Assembly: GCA_046331095.1 (NCBI GenBank)
Contig: JAXLRM010000003.1
Span: 596,001-660,000 of the forward strand
Origin: Acidimicrobiia bacterium
Lineage (GTDB): Bacteria > Actinomycetota > Acidimicrobiia > UBA2766
Direction of reading: 5' to 3'
Length of the DNA stretch: 64,000 bases
Of the stretch, positions 38,606-47,804 are shown in pieces (position 1 is the stretch's first letter; each line of letters starts with the position of its first letter). The translations under genes and the position numbers were made by a program. Below the pieces are notes generated by a model. The model was not told the DNA's origin and did no database searches. It saw only the letters and a list, made by a program, of their open reading frames with translations.

Positions 38606-39348
38606 GTCGTCACCATGCCATCGAGTGCGGCCAGCTTGCCCTCGCCGATGCCGGGTACGTCGAGGAGCTGGCGCACATCCGTGAACGGACCGTGCTTGGT
38701 GCGGTAGTCGACGATCTTCTGCGCCGTGGCGGCTCCTATCCCGGGCAGGCCGTCGAGGGCGTCGATGCTCGCGGTGTTGAGGTTGACCGGGGTCCCCGCA
38801 GCGCCAACCCCCGCACCGGCGGCGTCGTGCCCGCCGGAGGTCCCGATCTCGGGAACGGCTTCACCCTTGCGCGGCACGTAGAACTGCTGACCGTCCGCGA
38901 GCTTGCCGGCGAGGTTTACCCGGCCGAGATCGGCCTCCACGAGCGCCCCGCCCGCAGCAGACACCGCCTCGTCACCGATGGCGCCCTCCGTCAGGGCGTA
39001 CACGCCCGGACTGGCGACCGCGCCGGCAACGTGGACGCGGATCTGCTTCGCAGGCGACGAGGCCGGCGGTCGTTCCGCTCCGACAGCGGGGTCGTCGCCC
39101 TCCCCTCCCGCAGGGTCGGGCCCGGTCGTGTCCGCAGGCACGGAGTTGGTCACCTCCGCCGTGGATACGCGCTCGGAGTCGCCGCTGGCACCACGGATCA
39201 GCGAGAAGGCGGCGACCGCGATCCCGACAACAGCGAGCGCGATCAGGACCAGGCGGTCCCCGCCCGGCTTGTCTGCATGGGGACGCCCGGACCGCGAACC
39301 GAGGCGTGCGCGGATCTGGCTGATGGAGTCGGGTGGCGAAGCGACCAC
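38602..39348 (-). CDS. comEA: Competence protein ComEA (helix-hairpin-helix DNA receptor)
   Basis: 248 aa. GTG start preceded by AAGGAGG; one TM helix; C-terminal tandem Hh[29 protein letters not shown]...[15 protein letters not shown]. Confidence 0.85.
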   Translation of the reverse strand: MVASPPDSISQIRARLGSRSGRPHADKPGGDRLVLIALAVVGIAVAAFSLIRGASGDSERVSTAEVTNSVPADTTGPDPAGGEGDDPAVGAERPPASSPAKQIRVHVAGAVASPGVYALTEGAIGDEAVSAAGGALVEADLGRVNLAGKLADGQQFYVPRKGEAVPEIGTSGGHDAAGAGVGAAGTPVNLNTASIDALDGLPGIGAATAQKIVDYRTKHGPFTDVRQLLDVPGIGEGKLAALDGMVTT

Positions 39349-39350
39349 GG

Positions 39351-39409
39351 CTCCCCTCCTTGTCGTCTCCTACGAAGGGCGCGGGGAAACAAATGGGGAA
39401 GGAGGGAAG
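39351..39409 (-). promoter_or_regulatory. Candidate SD-sequestering helix in comEA leader
   Basis: On the minus strand, CUUCCCUCCUU (plus coords 39399-39409) is complementary (11 bp including one G-U) to the SD segment AAGGAGGGGAG (39351-39361). It is embedded in a 37-nt polypyrimidine tract. Confidence 0.3.
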
Positions 39410-39499
39410 AGGGAAGTGGCGCCGGGAGCAGCGCCGACACCTTTGTACCACGCACGCGTGACAGATTCGAGGTGTGCCTTGCCCTGCTACCGGAGGCGA

Positions 39500-39940
39500 C
39501 TAGAGGTGCGGCTCCACCGCTGCCTCCAGGTCGTAAGCCTCGACCTCGGCCGGGATCCTGCGGTACGCCGCCCAGTGGCCCTCGCCCCGCAACCGCTCAC
39601 GCAGATACGCGCCCACATAGGTGAGCAGGAACCGCAGGCGACCGCGCTCGCACCACTGCGCCACGTGCACGAGCTCGTGAGCGACCAGGGAGTCCGTGGC
39701 GTCGACACCCCACTGTCCATCCCGGAGGAGCACGTGCCGGCCGAGTGTCCATGCAGACGCGCCGGGGGCGACAAGGACGCCCGCCCAACCGCGGCACACG
39801 TAGAGGACCGGGCGGGCAGCGATCGCACTGCGGATGCGATCGCGTGCGCCGGCCACGTCCACAGGCTCGCCGAGCACTGCTGTCGCAGCGGCGAAGTCGC
39901 GCACGCTTGCGGGGACGTCCACCCTGCGGATCGCTCTCAT
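39500..39940 (-). CDS. Small zincin-like protein (DUF4157-type HExxH motif)
   Basis: Track ORF trimmed to the ATG at 39940 (MRAIRRVDV...), 146 aa. The motif SLVAHELVHVAQW resembles the DUF4157 metallopeptidase-like signature. ATGA overlap with the upstream HAD gene stop. Confidence 0.55.
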   Translation of the reverse strand: MRAIRRVDVPASVRDFAAATAVLGEPVDVAGARDRIRSAIAARPVLYVCRGWAGVLVAPGASAWTLGRHVLLRDGQWGVDATDSLVAHELVHVAQWCERGRLRFLLTYVGAYLRERLRGEGHWAAYRRIPAEVEAYDLEAAVEPHL

Positions 39941-40671
39941 GCAGAGGGACGGCGGGTCAGCCACAGCACAGCCGCAGCTGCGACGGCCATGACACCAGCC
40001 GCCGCGCCTGCTGCGACCGTGGCGCGCAGGTGGTGGCGCGGCGCGAAACGCAGCGCCGCCCATCCGGCCGCCTCGGCGTCCTGGGCAAGCGAGCGGTCCG
40101 GGTTCATCACGACGGGGTGCCCGACACTGCCCAGCAGGGGCAGGTCGTCTGCCGATGACGCGTACGCCCAGCAGTCGGCGAGGTCGTAGCCCTCGCGGGC
40201 CGCAAGCTTCTGCACAGCCTCGATGCGCCCGTCACCGCAGCAGTACGGCCCGGCCAGCCGTCCACTGAAGCGGCCATCGGTGTCGACCTCCAGAGACGTG
40301 CCAATTGCTCCGGTCATGTCGAGGGCGGCGGCCACGCGCTCGACGATGGGCTGGGGCACAGCGGAGAGCAGGTAGGTGTCGACGCCGTCTGCCGCATGTG
40401 CCCGCAGGCGCGCGTATGCCCCTGCGTGCACCCCTACGACGACGGGTCCCACGACCTCGGGTGCGAGCGCATCCAGGTCGGCGGCTTTGGTGCCGGCGAG
40501 AGCGTCGAGGAGATTCGTGCGGAACGCGTCCCGGCCCGCGGTGCCCACCCACGACCTGCGTACGAGTTGGCCCCTGGGGATCAGCCCGTGGGCGAGGGCG
40601 GCCCGGCCCATCGCCCTCGTCGCAGGTGCTCCGCTCACGGCGCGCTCGAGGACGAAGAAGGCAGCAGCCAT
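39937..40671 (-). CDS. HAD-IB (SerB-like) family protein with degenerate motif I
   Basis: 244 aa. Motif II LLSAVP and motif IV AYASSADDLPLLG are present. The nucleophile motif FFDLDGTL is replaced by FFVLERAV. Confidence 0.7.
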   Translation of the reverse strand: MAAAFFVLERAVSGAPATRAMGRAALAHGLIPRGQLVRRSWVGTAGRDAFRTNLLDALAGTKAADLDALAPEVVGPVVVGVHAGAYARLRAHAADGVDTYLLSAVPQPIVERVAAALDMTGAIGTSLEVDTDGRFSGRLAGPYCCGDGRIEAVQKLAAREGYDLADCWAYASSADDLPLLGSVGHPVVMNPDRSLAQDAEAAGWAALRFAPRHHLRATVAAGAAAGVMAVAAAAVLWLTRRPSA

Positions 40672-40729
40672 GGCCGGGAATTGTGGAGCCTCGGCGCGCG
40701 CCGGTCCAAATCTCCACGCCGTGGGGCTG

Positions 40730-43198
40730 CTAGGGCACCACGTTGACCAGCTTGGGTGGCTTCGCTACCACGCGCCGCGGCGATCCGTCGCCCAGGTGCG
40801 CCCGCACAGCATCCGACGCGAGCGCCAGCGCGATCGCATCGTCCTCGGAGATGTCGGGCGCGACCTCTACGCGGTCGCGGACCTTGCCGGCCACTTGGAC
40901 GACCATCGTCACCGTCTCGGCGGCAAGCATCGCCTCGTCTGCAACCGGCCACGCCCTCTCGTGCACGTTGTCGCCGTGTCGCTGCTCCCACAGCTCCGCC
41001 GCTACGTGGGGCACCATCGGCGCCGTCAGCAACAACAGGTGGTCCACGGCGGTGTCGAGGCTCTCGCGCCGTGCCCCCCCGTCACCTTGGGCGTAGCGGT
41101 AGAGCTCGTTGAGGAACTCCATGCACGCTGCGACCGCGGTGTTGTAGGACCACCGCTCGAAGTCGCCGGTGACCTTCTCGACGAGCCGGTGTGCCGCAGC
41201 CTCGACTCCCCTGTCGGTAGGCGTGACGTCACGTGCGACGACCGAACCGACCTCCCCGCGCGCCATGCGCCACAACCGTGACAGGAAGCGGTGGCAGCCC
41301 TCGATGCCCTTGTCGTCCCAGTCGACGTCGTCCTGGGGCGGGCCGACGAAGAGGTGGAACAGGCGCAGCGAATCGGCACCCACGGTGTCGATGTACTGCT
41401 CGGGGGCGACGAGGTTGCCCCGCGACTTGGACATCTTGGCGCCGCCGAGGCGGATCATGCCCTGGGTGAACAGCCGCGCGAACGGCTCACGCAGGCCGGC
41501 GCCGACGACGCCGAGGTCGCTGAGCGCCTTGGTGAAGAAGCGGGCGTACATCAGGTGCAGGATGGCGTGCTCGACGCCACCTATGTACTGGTCCACGGGC
41601 ATCCAGCGTTCCACTGCGTCGATCCCGAAGGGGGCATCCTCGTTCCACGGGTCGCAGTAGCGCAGGAAGTACCAGGACGAGTCGACGAAGGTGTCCATCG
41701 TGTCGGTCTCGCGCCGTGCCGGTCCACCACAGGACGGGCACGTGGTGTGGAGGAAACCCTCGTGGAACCGGAGGGGGGATTCGCCCGTGGGGAGGAACTC
41801 GACGTCGTCGGGGGCGAGCACGGGCAGATCGCCCTCCGCCACCGGACGGACACCACAGTCGTCGCAGTAGACGACCGGGATCGGGCAGCCCCAGAAGCGC
41901 TGCCGGCTCAGCAGCCAGTCCCTCAACCTGAAGTTGACCTTTCGCTCGCCGTGGCCCTGCACCTCGAGCCAGTCGATCGCGGCCTCGATCGCGACCTCCT
42001 TGGCCATGCCGTCGAGGAAGCCCGAGTTCACGTGGGGACCGTCGCCGGTGTAGGGCCCGCCCTCCCAGCCCTCGGGACGTCGCACCGTTTCGACGATCGG
42101 CAGGCCGTGAGCCGTGGCGAAGTCCCAGTCGCGCTGATCCTCGCCCGGGACCGCCATGACCGCGCCGGTGCCGTACCCCATGAGCACGTAGTCGGCGAGA
42201 AACAGCGGCACCGGTTCGTTGGTGAACGGGTTCAAGGCATAAGAGCCCGTGAACACGCCGCGCTTGTCCAAGGGACCTTCGGTCGACTGGCGCTCGACCT
42301 CGGTCTCTGCCTGCACCGCCTCGACGAAGGCCTCGACCTCGTCACGGCGCTCCGCTGCGGTGATGCGCCCCACGAGCGGATGCTCGGGCGCCACGACGGC
42401 GTAGGTCATCCCGAAGCTGGTGTCGGGCCGGGTCGTGAACACGCGTAGCACGAGGTCGGGATCGCCCCCGAACGCGCGCCCCTCGGCGTCGACGACGTTC
42501 ATCTCGAACTCGGCACCCTCGGACCGCCCTATCCAGTTGCGCTGCATGAGCTTGACGCGTTCGGGCCAGTCGAGGCCGTCGAGGTCGTCGAGGAGCTGGT
42601 CGGCATAGGCGGTCGTGCGGAAGAACCACTGCTCGAGGTCACGCTTGACGACGACGTCGCCGCTGCGTTCGCAGGTCCCGTCTGCGAGGACCTGCTCGTT
42701 GGCGAGCACGGTCTGGCAACCGGGACACCAGTTGACGGGCGCCTCCTTGCGATACGCGAGCCCGGCGTCGAGCAACTGCAGGAAGATCCACTGGGTCCAG
42801 CGGATGTAGTCGGGGTCGTGACTGTGCACCTCGCGACGCCAGTCGTAGACGGCGCCGATACGCCGGATCGAGCTGCGCAACTCCTCGATGCGCGCGTCGG
42901 TGAAGCTGCGCGGGTGCTCGCCGGTCTTGATCGCGGCGTTCTCGGCGGGCAGCCCGAAGCTGTCGAAGCCCATCGGCGAGAGGACCCCGTAACCGCCCAT
43001 GGTGCGGTAGCGCGTTATCAGGTCACCGAAGGTGTAGTTGCGCACGTGACCCATGTGCGCGGCGCCCGACGGGTAGGGGTACATGCACAGCACGTAGAAC
43101 GGCGGCCGCGGGTCGTCGTTGTCGATCTCGTACGTGCCACTGGCGAGCCACCGCTGCTGCCACTTCGGCTCGATCGCCTGAGGGTCGTAGTCGGACAT
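40730..43198 (-). CDS. leuS: Leucine--tRNA ligase
   Basis: Track ORF trimmed to the ATG at 43198 ([17 protein letters not shown]). HIGH-type motif [15 protein letters not shown]; KMSKS motif KMSKSRGN. Confidence 0.95.
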   Translation of the reverse strand: MSDYDPQAIEPKWQQRWLASGTYEIDNDDPRPPFYVLCMYPYPSGAAHMGHVRNYTFGDLITRYRTMGGYGVLSPMGFDSFGLPAENAAIKTGEHPRSFTDARIEELRSSIRRIGAVYDWRREVHSHDPDYIRWTQWIFLQLLDAGLAYRKEAPVNWCPGCQTVLANEQVLADGTCERSGDVVVKRDLEQWFFRTTAYADQLLDDLDGLDWPERVKLMQRNWIGRSEGAEFEMNVVDAEGRAFGGDPDLVLRVFTTRPDTSFGMTYAVVAPEHPLVGRITAAERRDEVEAFVEAVQAETEVERQSTEGPLDKRGVFTGSYALNPFTNEPVPLFLADYVLMGYGTGAVMAVPGEDQRDWDFATAHGLPIVETVRRPEGWEGGPYTGDGPHVNSGFLDGMAKEVAIEAAIDWLEVQGHGERKVNFRLRDWLLSRQRFWGCPIPVVYCDDCGVRPVAEGDLPVLAPDDVEFLPTGESPLRFHEGFLHTTCPSCGGPARRETDTMDTFVDSSWYFLRYCDPWNEDAPFGIDAVERWMPVDQYIGGVEHAILHLMYARFFTKALSDLGVVGAGLREPFARLFTQGMIRLGGAKMSKSRGNLVAPEQYIDTVGADSLRLFHLFVGPPQDDVDWDDKGIEGCHRFLSRLWRMARGEVGSVVARDVTPTDRGVEAAAHRLVEKVTGDFERWSYNTAVAACMEFLNELYRYAQGDGGARRESLDTAVDHLLLLTAPMVPHVAAELWEQRHGDNVHERAWPVADEAMLAAETVTMVVQVAGKVRDRVEVAPDISEDDAIALALASDAVRAHLGDGSPRRVVAKPPKLVNVVP

Positions 43199-43534
43199 GG
43201 CGCCGAGAGTAGCCAAGGCCGCATTGGGCGCCCGGGGCTACACCCGGGGCTTGGATCCTCTGCACTTCCAGGCATCGGCCACGTCGGCAGGGTCCAGTGG
43301 GTCAGTACCCGCTCGCCCAGGACATTCAGTCTACGCAGTACCGGGGCAAATAGGACATTGTGAATGTCTCCGTGTTAATCGCCCAATTGCACAAGTTGCG
43401 AAACAGGGATGACGCTCCGCAGATCACAGTTGCAGGACTTGGGAAACACGTGTAGAAACTCGACATCGGGTCAGGAGTAGGAGCCTTCACCCAAGGACGG
43501 GGTCCGAACCGCGACGAACATCGGAGAGTCGCGA

Positions 43535-44896
43535 ATGTATGACACCGTTGACGAAGTGCTCGCGCACGATGTCGGTGACTTTCTTGCCGTAAACGGACCT
43601 GATCTGCTTGGTCGAGTACAGGGCTATACGGACTGGCGTGACGCTCGGCGCAAGTTCGCGGTATGGCCCTACGAGCGCACCAGCCGCGGCGAGGTAGGAC
43701 CAAGTGCCGAGTTGACGGAAGGGATGAGCTCGATCTCGTTCGGGTTCCAGGACTCGCTGGGCCTCTCTCGACACCCTCGCGTTCGCGATGCTGCGATCAA
43801 GGCCATCGAAGACCACGGGCCCCACAGCGCAAGTGCCCCCTTCTGGCAGGGACGGAATATCCTTGCTGACGAGGCAGCCGACGAGCTCCGCCAAATCGCC
43901 GGGATGAACCACATCGTGTTCTTCTCGACTGGATGGGCTGCAGCGCATGCACCAATCCAGGCGCTGGTGCGCCCCTGGGACTACGTCGTCTTCGATCGTC
44001 TTTGTCATTCCTCCTTGATGTTCGGGGCCCAGGCTGCCACCCAGCGTAGAAAGTCGTTCCGCCACAACGACATCGAACATGCGCGAGAGCGCTTGGCTGC
44101 CATCCGAGCCGACAACACAGAGTGTGGAATCCTGGTAGTTACCGAAAGCACGTTTTCGGTCGATGCCGACTACCCCGACCTTGCGGTGCTCCAGGACTGT
44201 TGCCACGAGTACGGCGCGACCTTGCTCGTTGACTCCTCACACGACCTAGGAGCTATGGGCCCGAGTGGCACAGGCCAGGTTGGTGCTGCAGGGTTGTACG
44301 GCAAGGTGGATCTGCTGGTCTCGTCCTTCAGCAAGACATTTGCATTCACTGGCGGGTTCCTGGCCACCCGCAGCGAGGCCGTTGCCAACTACGTGCGCCT
44401 GCTTGGCAGTGCACAGATGTTCTCCAATTCGATCACACCCGTCGCCCTGGGGGTCGTCGGCGAAGCTGCGCGCATCGTGCGTTCACCCGAGGGCGATTCG
44501 CGACGAGCACGGCTGCAGCGCAACGTCGAACGGCTGCGCATGGGCTTCGAGGCCGCGGGGATACGAGTCACAGGGATGCTGAGTCCGCTCGTTCCCGTTC
44601 ACGTCGAACCAGCGTCGATCATCGGCCCGCTCGGCGTGGAACTCCTGAACCGAGGACTGTCCGCCAACGCTGTGGAGTTCCCCGCGGTTGCCAGGGGAAC
44701 AGCGCGCTTCCGCTTCCAGGTGATGTCGGACCACACGGACGAGCAGATCGACCGGGCGGTCGAGATCTTCATGGATGCCTACGAGGCTTGCGGTGGGACG
44801 CTCGTCGACCTCGATCTGACTGCCGAAGAAGCTGCCTCGGGTCTGGCGGGCACCATGCAGGGTTCCTCCGCCAAGCAGTTGGCAGCGAACGTCTGA
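43535..44896 (+). CDS. PLP-dependent alpha-oxoamine synthase family enzyme (BioF/Kbl/SPT/CqsA-like), orphan context
   Basis: 453 aa. ISFGFQDSLGLSRHP (compare NFxSNDYLGL), DRLCHSSLMFG, LVDSSHDLGAMG, PLP-lysine motif SSFSKTFAFTGGF. Lower GC than the flanks. No bio or tdh genes nearby. Confidence 0.8.
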   Translation: MYDTVDEVLAHDVGDFLAVNGPDLLGRVQGYTDWRDARRKFAVWPYERTSRGEVGPSAELTEGMSSISFGFQDSLGLSRHPRVRDAAIKAIEDHGPHSASAPFWQGRNILADEAADELRQIAGMNHIVFFSTGWAAAHAPIQALVRPWDYVVFDRLCHSSLMFGAQAATQRRKSFRHNDIEHARERLAAIRADNTECGILVVTESTFSVDADYPDLAVLQDCCHEYGATLLVDSSHDLGAMGPSGTGQVGAAGLYGKVDLLVSSFSKTFAFTGGFLATRSEAVANYVRLLGSAQMFSNSITPVALGVVGEAARIVRSPEGDSRRARLQRNVERLRMGFEAAGIRVTGMLSPLVPVHVEPASIIGPLGVELLNRGLSANAVEFPAVARGTARFRFQVMSDHTDEQIDRAVEIFMDAYEACGGTLVDLDLTAEEAASGLAGTMQGSSAKQLAANV

Positions 44897-44970
44897 AGAT
44901 ATTTCGGACCCGAGGCTAAGGATGGGCCTCGTACCGGACGATAGGACCCCCGGACTCCCCGAGGGACCAG

Positions 44971-47136
44971 ATGCCGGTCGACGCCCCATCCAGCCTATCG
45001 AACCCAGCCATTGGGATGACCCTGCTCATCCTTGCCGGCGTCGCTCTCTACATGTGCCTGCAGGCCTTCCTGCACTGGCTCGGCGACCGGAAAGAGGTGC
45101 TGTTTCTCCTGTTCGCAGGGTTGGCGCTCTGCTCGGCGGCATACGTGTTGGGAAGCTATGCCCAGTACGAAGCATCCACCGTGGAACAGGCCCTCCGGGG
45201 CGTGGCCGTCACTGTCGCGGGCTCCGTGCTGATTCCTGCCTTCCTGGTCGAAGTCGTCTCGCGACTGACCAGGGTTCAGCACAGCTGGTGGATCCGAACG
45301 CCGATGTGGACGGTCGGGCTCACGCTAGCGGCGGCCACGATCCTCCTGCCCGGTTCCGTCGTGACGGACGAACCTCATCGAATCATCGGCCCGTTCGGGC
45401 ACACGTTCTTCACACCCACAACGTCACCGCTGTTCCTCCTGTACTTCCCACTCATAGTCGCAGTGCTCGTGCTGGTCATCCACGACGTAGTGAAGGCCTG
45501 GGACCGTCTGGGGCCATTGCAGGGAAGCTTCCTACTACTCACCCCGAGCATCTACCTGATTGCGGGTCTGAACGACGTCTTCGTCACGACGGGGGTGTAC
45601 TCAGGGATCACCCTGTTCGAGTACGCCACGGTGCTGATGGTCGTGATCGTGGACTTCGTGGTCGTGCGCACCAGACGTGAGCTCCACGACGCCGTCGAGA
45701 CGGCTCATCAGACGATCGACGAGCAGCGCCGCACCGACGCGCTGACCGGCCTCGCGAATCGCCAGGAGTTCGAGCGTCGAGCCGGGACCATCGTGTCCCA
45801 GAGGACCACGGTCGAGGGTTGCGAAAGTGCCGAGGCCCTTGCAGAAGTGGCGGCGACGGCGACCGGGGACACGGCCATCGAGGACGTCGCTGTCATCTCG
45901 ATCGACATAGCGCGGTTCAAGTCCTTCAACGAGAGCGCGGGACACGCGTACGGCGACGCCGTGCTCCAAGCAGTGGCCGACCGGCTCGACGACGTAGTGG
46001 ACGGGCACTGCAGTCTCGTCGCTCGTAGCGGCGGGGACGAGTTCATGCTCCTCGTCGCCGGCGACGGCGAGTGCGATGTGCGAGCAACCGCCAAGCACAC
46101 GATCCAGAGAGTCCTCGACAGCTTCTCCCAACCCATCGAGGTTGCCGGCGAGCAGCGCTACCTCGGCTTCCGGGCCGGATACGCGGTCGGTCCCGCCACC
46201 GGCGAAGAGGACATCCGAATCCTCATGAAGAGCGCCGACGCCGCCCTGCATCACGCTCGGCTGAGCGGATGGAACTCCGTGGCGCAGTACACACCTGGGC
46301 TGGTGGAGGAGTCGATGCGTACGGCGCGTATCGAGGCGGACCTGAGGCCGGCCCTGGCCGAACACCAGTTCTTCCTCGTCTACCAGCCCAAGGTTCGTCT
46401 TGCGACACGCGAGGTCTACGGGGCCGAGGCGCTCATCCGCTGGACCCATCCCGAGCTCGGACTCATCCCCCCACTCGACTTCATCCCCGTCGCCGAAGAC
46501 TCGGGCTTCATGGACGTCCTCGGACCCTGGATCCTGCGTGAGGCCTTCCGTCAGACGGCCGAATGGGCTGTCCGGTCGGCCTCGCGTGCCACGGAGCCGA
46601 TCACGGTGTCCGTGAACGTGTCACCGGTGCAACTCACCCGCGAGGACTTCTACGACACCGTCGTCGACCTGCTCGCCGAGACCGGCGTCGACCCGCACCT
46701 TGTCGAGCTCGAGGTGACCGAGACTGCCGTGATGGAGAACAGCGAGCTAGCCATCGACCTCCTGACCCGGTTGCGCCACCTCGGCCTCAAGGTCTCCGTC
46801 GACGACTTCGGCACGGGCTACTCGTCGCTGTCCTACCTCGCCAACCTCCCGTTCGACGCGGTCAAGCTCGACCGCGAGTTCATCCGGGCGCTGCCGGGAG
46901 ACACCGACGCCGAGTTCATCACGCACATGGTGATCGCCCTCGGGGACCACAAGTGCGTGTCCGTGGTCGCCGAGGGCGTCGAGACCGAGCGGCAGTGGGA
47001 GTTCCTCGTCAGCGCCGGTTGCGACAGCGGCCAGGGTTGGCTCTTCGGCAGGCCGGTCTCACCCGAGGAGTTCGAGTTCGAACCCGAACGGCTTCGCGCC
47101 GGGGCCGGCGAACACTGGAGTACTTACCAGCACTGA
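44971..47136 (+). CDS. Membrane sensor: 7TM N-terminal domain + GGDEF diguanylate cyclase + EAL phosphodiesterase
   Basis: 721 aa. About 7 hydrophobic helices in the first 230 aa. GGDEF domain (DALTGLANRQEF...RSGGDEFMLLV). EAL domain with all catalytic motifs (EALIRW, NVSP, EVTETAVM, DDFGTGYSSLSYL, AEGVETE, QGWLFGRP). Confidence 0.9.
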   Translation: MPVDAPSSLSNPAIGMTLLILAGVALYMCLQAFLHWLGDRKEVLFLLFAGLALCSAAYVLGSYAQYEASTVEQALRGVAVTVAGSVLIPAFLVEVVSRLTRVQHSWWIRTPMWTVGLTLAAATILLPGSVVTDEPHRIIGPFGHTFFTPTTSPLFLLYFPLIVAVLVLVIHDVVKAWDRLGPLQGSFLLLTPSIYLIAGLNDVFVTTGVYSGITLFEYATVLMVVIVDFVVVRTRRELHDAVETAHQTIDEQRRTDALTGLANRQEFERRAGTIVSQRTTVEGCESAEALAEVAATATGDTAIEDVAVISIDIARFKSFNESAGHAYGDAVLQAVADRLDDVVDGHCSLVARSGGDEFMLLVAGDGECDVRATAKHTIQRVLDSFSQPIEVAGEQRYLGFRAGYAVGPATGEEDIRILMKSADAALHHARLSGWNSVAQYTPGLVEESMRTARIEADLRPALAEHQFFLVYQPKVRLATREVYGAEALIRWTHPELGLIPPLDFIPVAEDSGFMDVLGPWILREAFRQTAEWAVRSASRATEPITVSVNVSPVQLTREDFYDTVVDLLAETGVDPHLVELEVTETAVMENSELAIDLLTRLRHLGLKVSVDDFGTGYSSLSYLANLPFDAVKLDREFIRALPGDTDAEFITHMVIALGDHKCVSVVAEGVETERQWEFLVSAGCDSGQGWLFGRPVSPEEFEFEPERLRAGAGEHWSTYQH

Positions 47137-47172
47137 TGCACCCGGCCGCCCCGTCTCTGCGACACTGAGCAG

Positions 47173-47604
47173 ATGACCGTTCCCCAGCGCATCAGCATCG
47201 TCACCCTCGGCGTGTCCGACCTCGCCGCGTCGGCGGCCTTCTACGAGAGACTCGGCTGGACCCGAGCAGCAGCCTCTACCCCCGAGATCGTCTGGTTCGC
47301 CACCACCGACTCGGTCCTGGGGCTGTTCCCACGGCCGCTTCTCGCCGAAGACGCCGCCGTCGCCGGAGAGCCGGTAGCGCCGTTCGGCGGGATCACCCTC
47401 GCGATCAACGTCGAGGACGACGACGCCGTCGACGCGGCTCTGGTCCGAGCGGTGCAAGCAGGAGCCACCCTGTTGCGGCCTGCCGAGAAGGTCGACTGGG
47501 GCGGGTACCGCGGCTATTTCGCCGATCCCGACGGACACCCGTGGGAGGTCGCCCACAACCCCTTCGTCCCGATCCGACCAGACGGCTCCCTCGACATGGT
47601 GTGA
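47173..47604 (+). CDS. VOC (glyoxalase/bleomycin-resistance) family protein
   Basis: 143 aa. ISIVTLGVSDLAASAAFYERLGW...FADPDGHPWEVAHNP. Confidence 0.8.
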   Translation: MTVPQRISIVTLGVSDLAASAAFYERLGWTRAAASTPEIVWFATTDSVLGLFPRPLLAEDAAVAGEPVAPFGGITLAINVEDDDAVDAALVRAVQAGATLLRPAEKVDWGGYRGYFADPDGHPWEVAHNPFVPIRPDGSLDMV

Positions 47605-47650
47605 GGTCCTCCGGGGAGCCGCAGGGCTGTCCGCTAAACTGCCCGACCGC

Positions 47651-47728
<78 letters not shown>

Positions 47729-47783
47729 AAACCCCAGGCGAGAATGCCTAGACCTTTTCTAACCTGCTTCTCGCCTGCCCGCG

Positions 47784-47804
47784 GACAGCCAATGAGACAG
47801 CCAA
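47784..47804 (+). repeat. Doublet of GACAGCCAA (candidate integrase arm-type sites, attL-proximal)
   Basis: GACAGCCAA occurs at 47784-47792 and 47796-47804. The same 9-mer doublet recurs at 50871-50890 in the same orientation. Confidence 0.45.
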
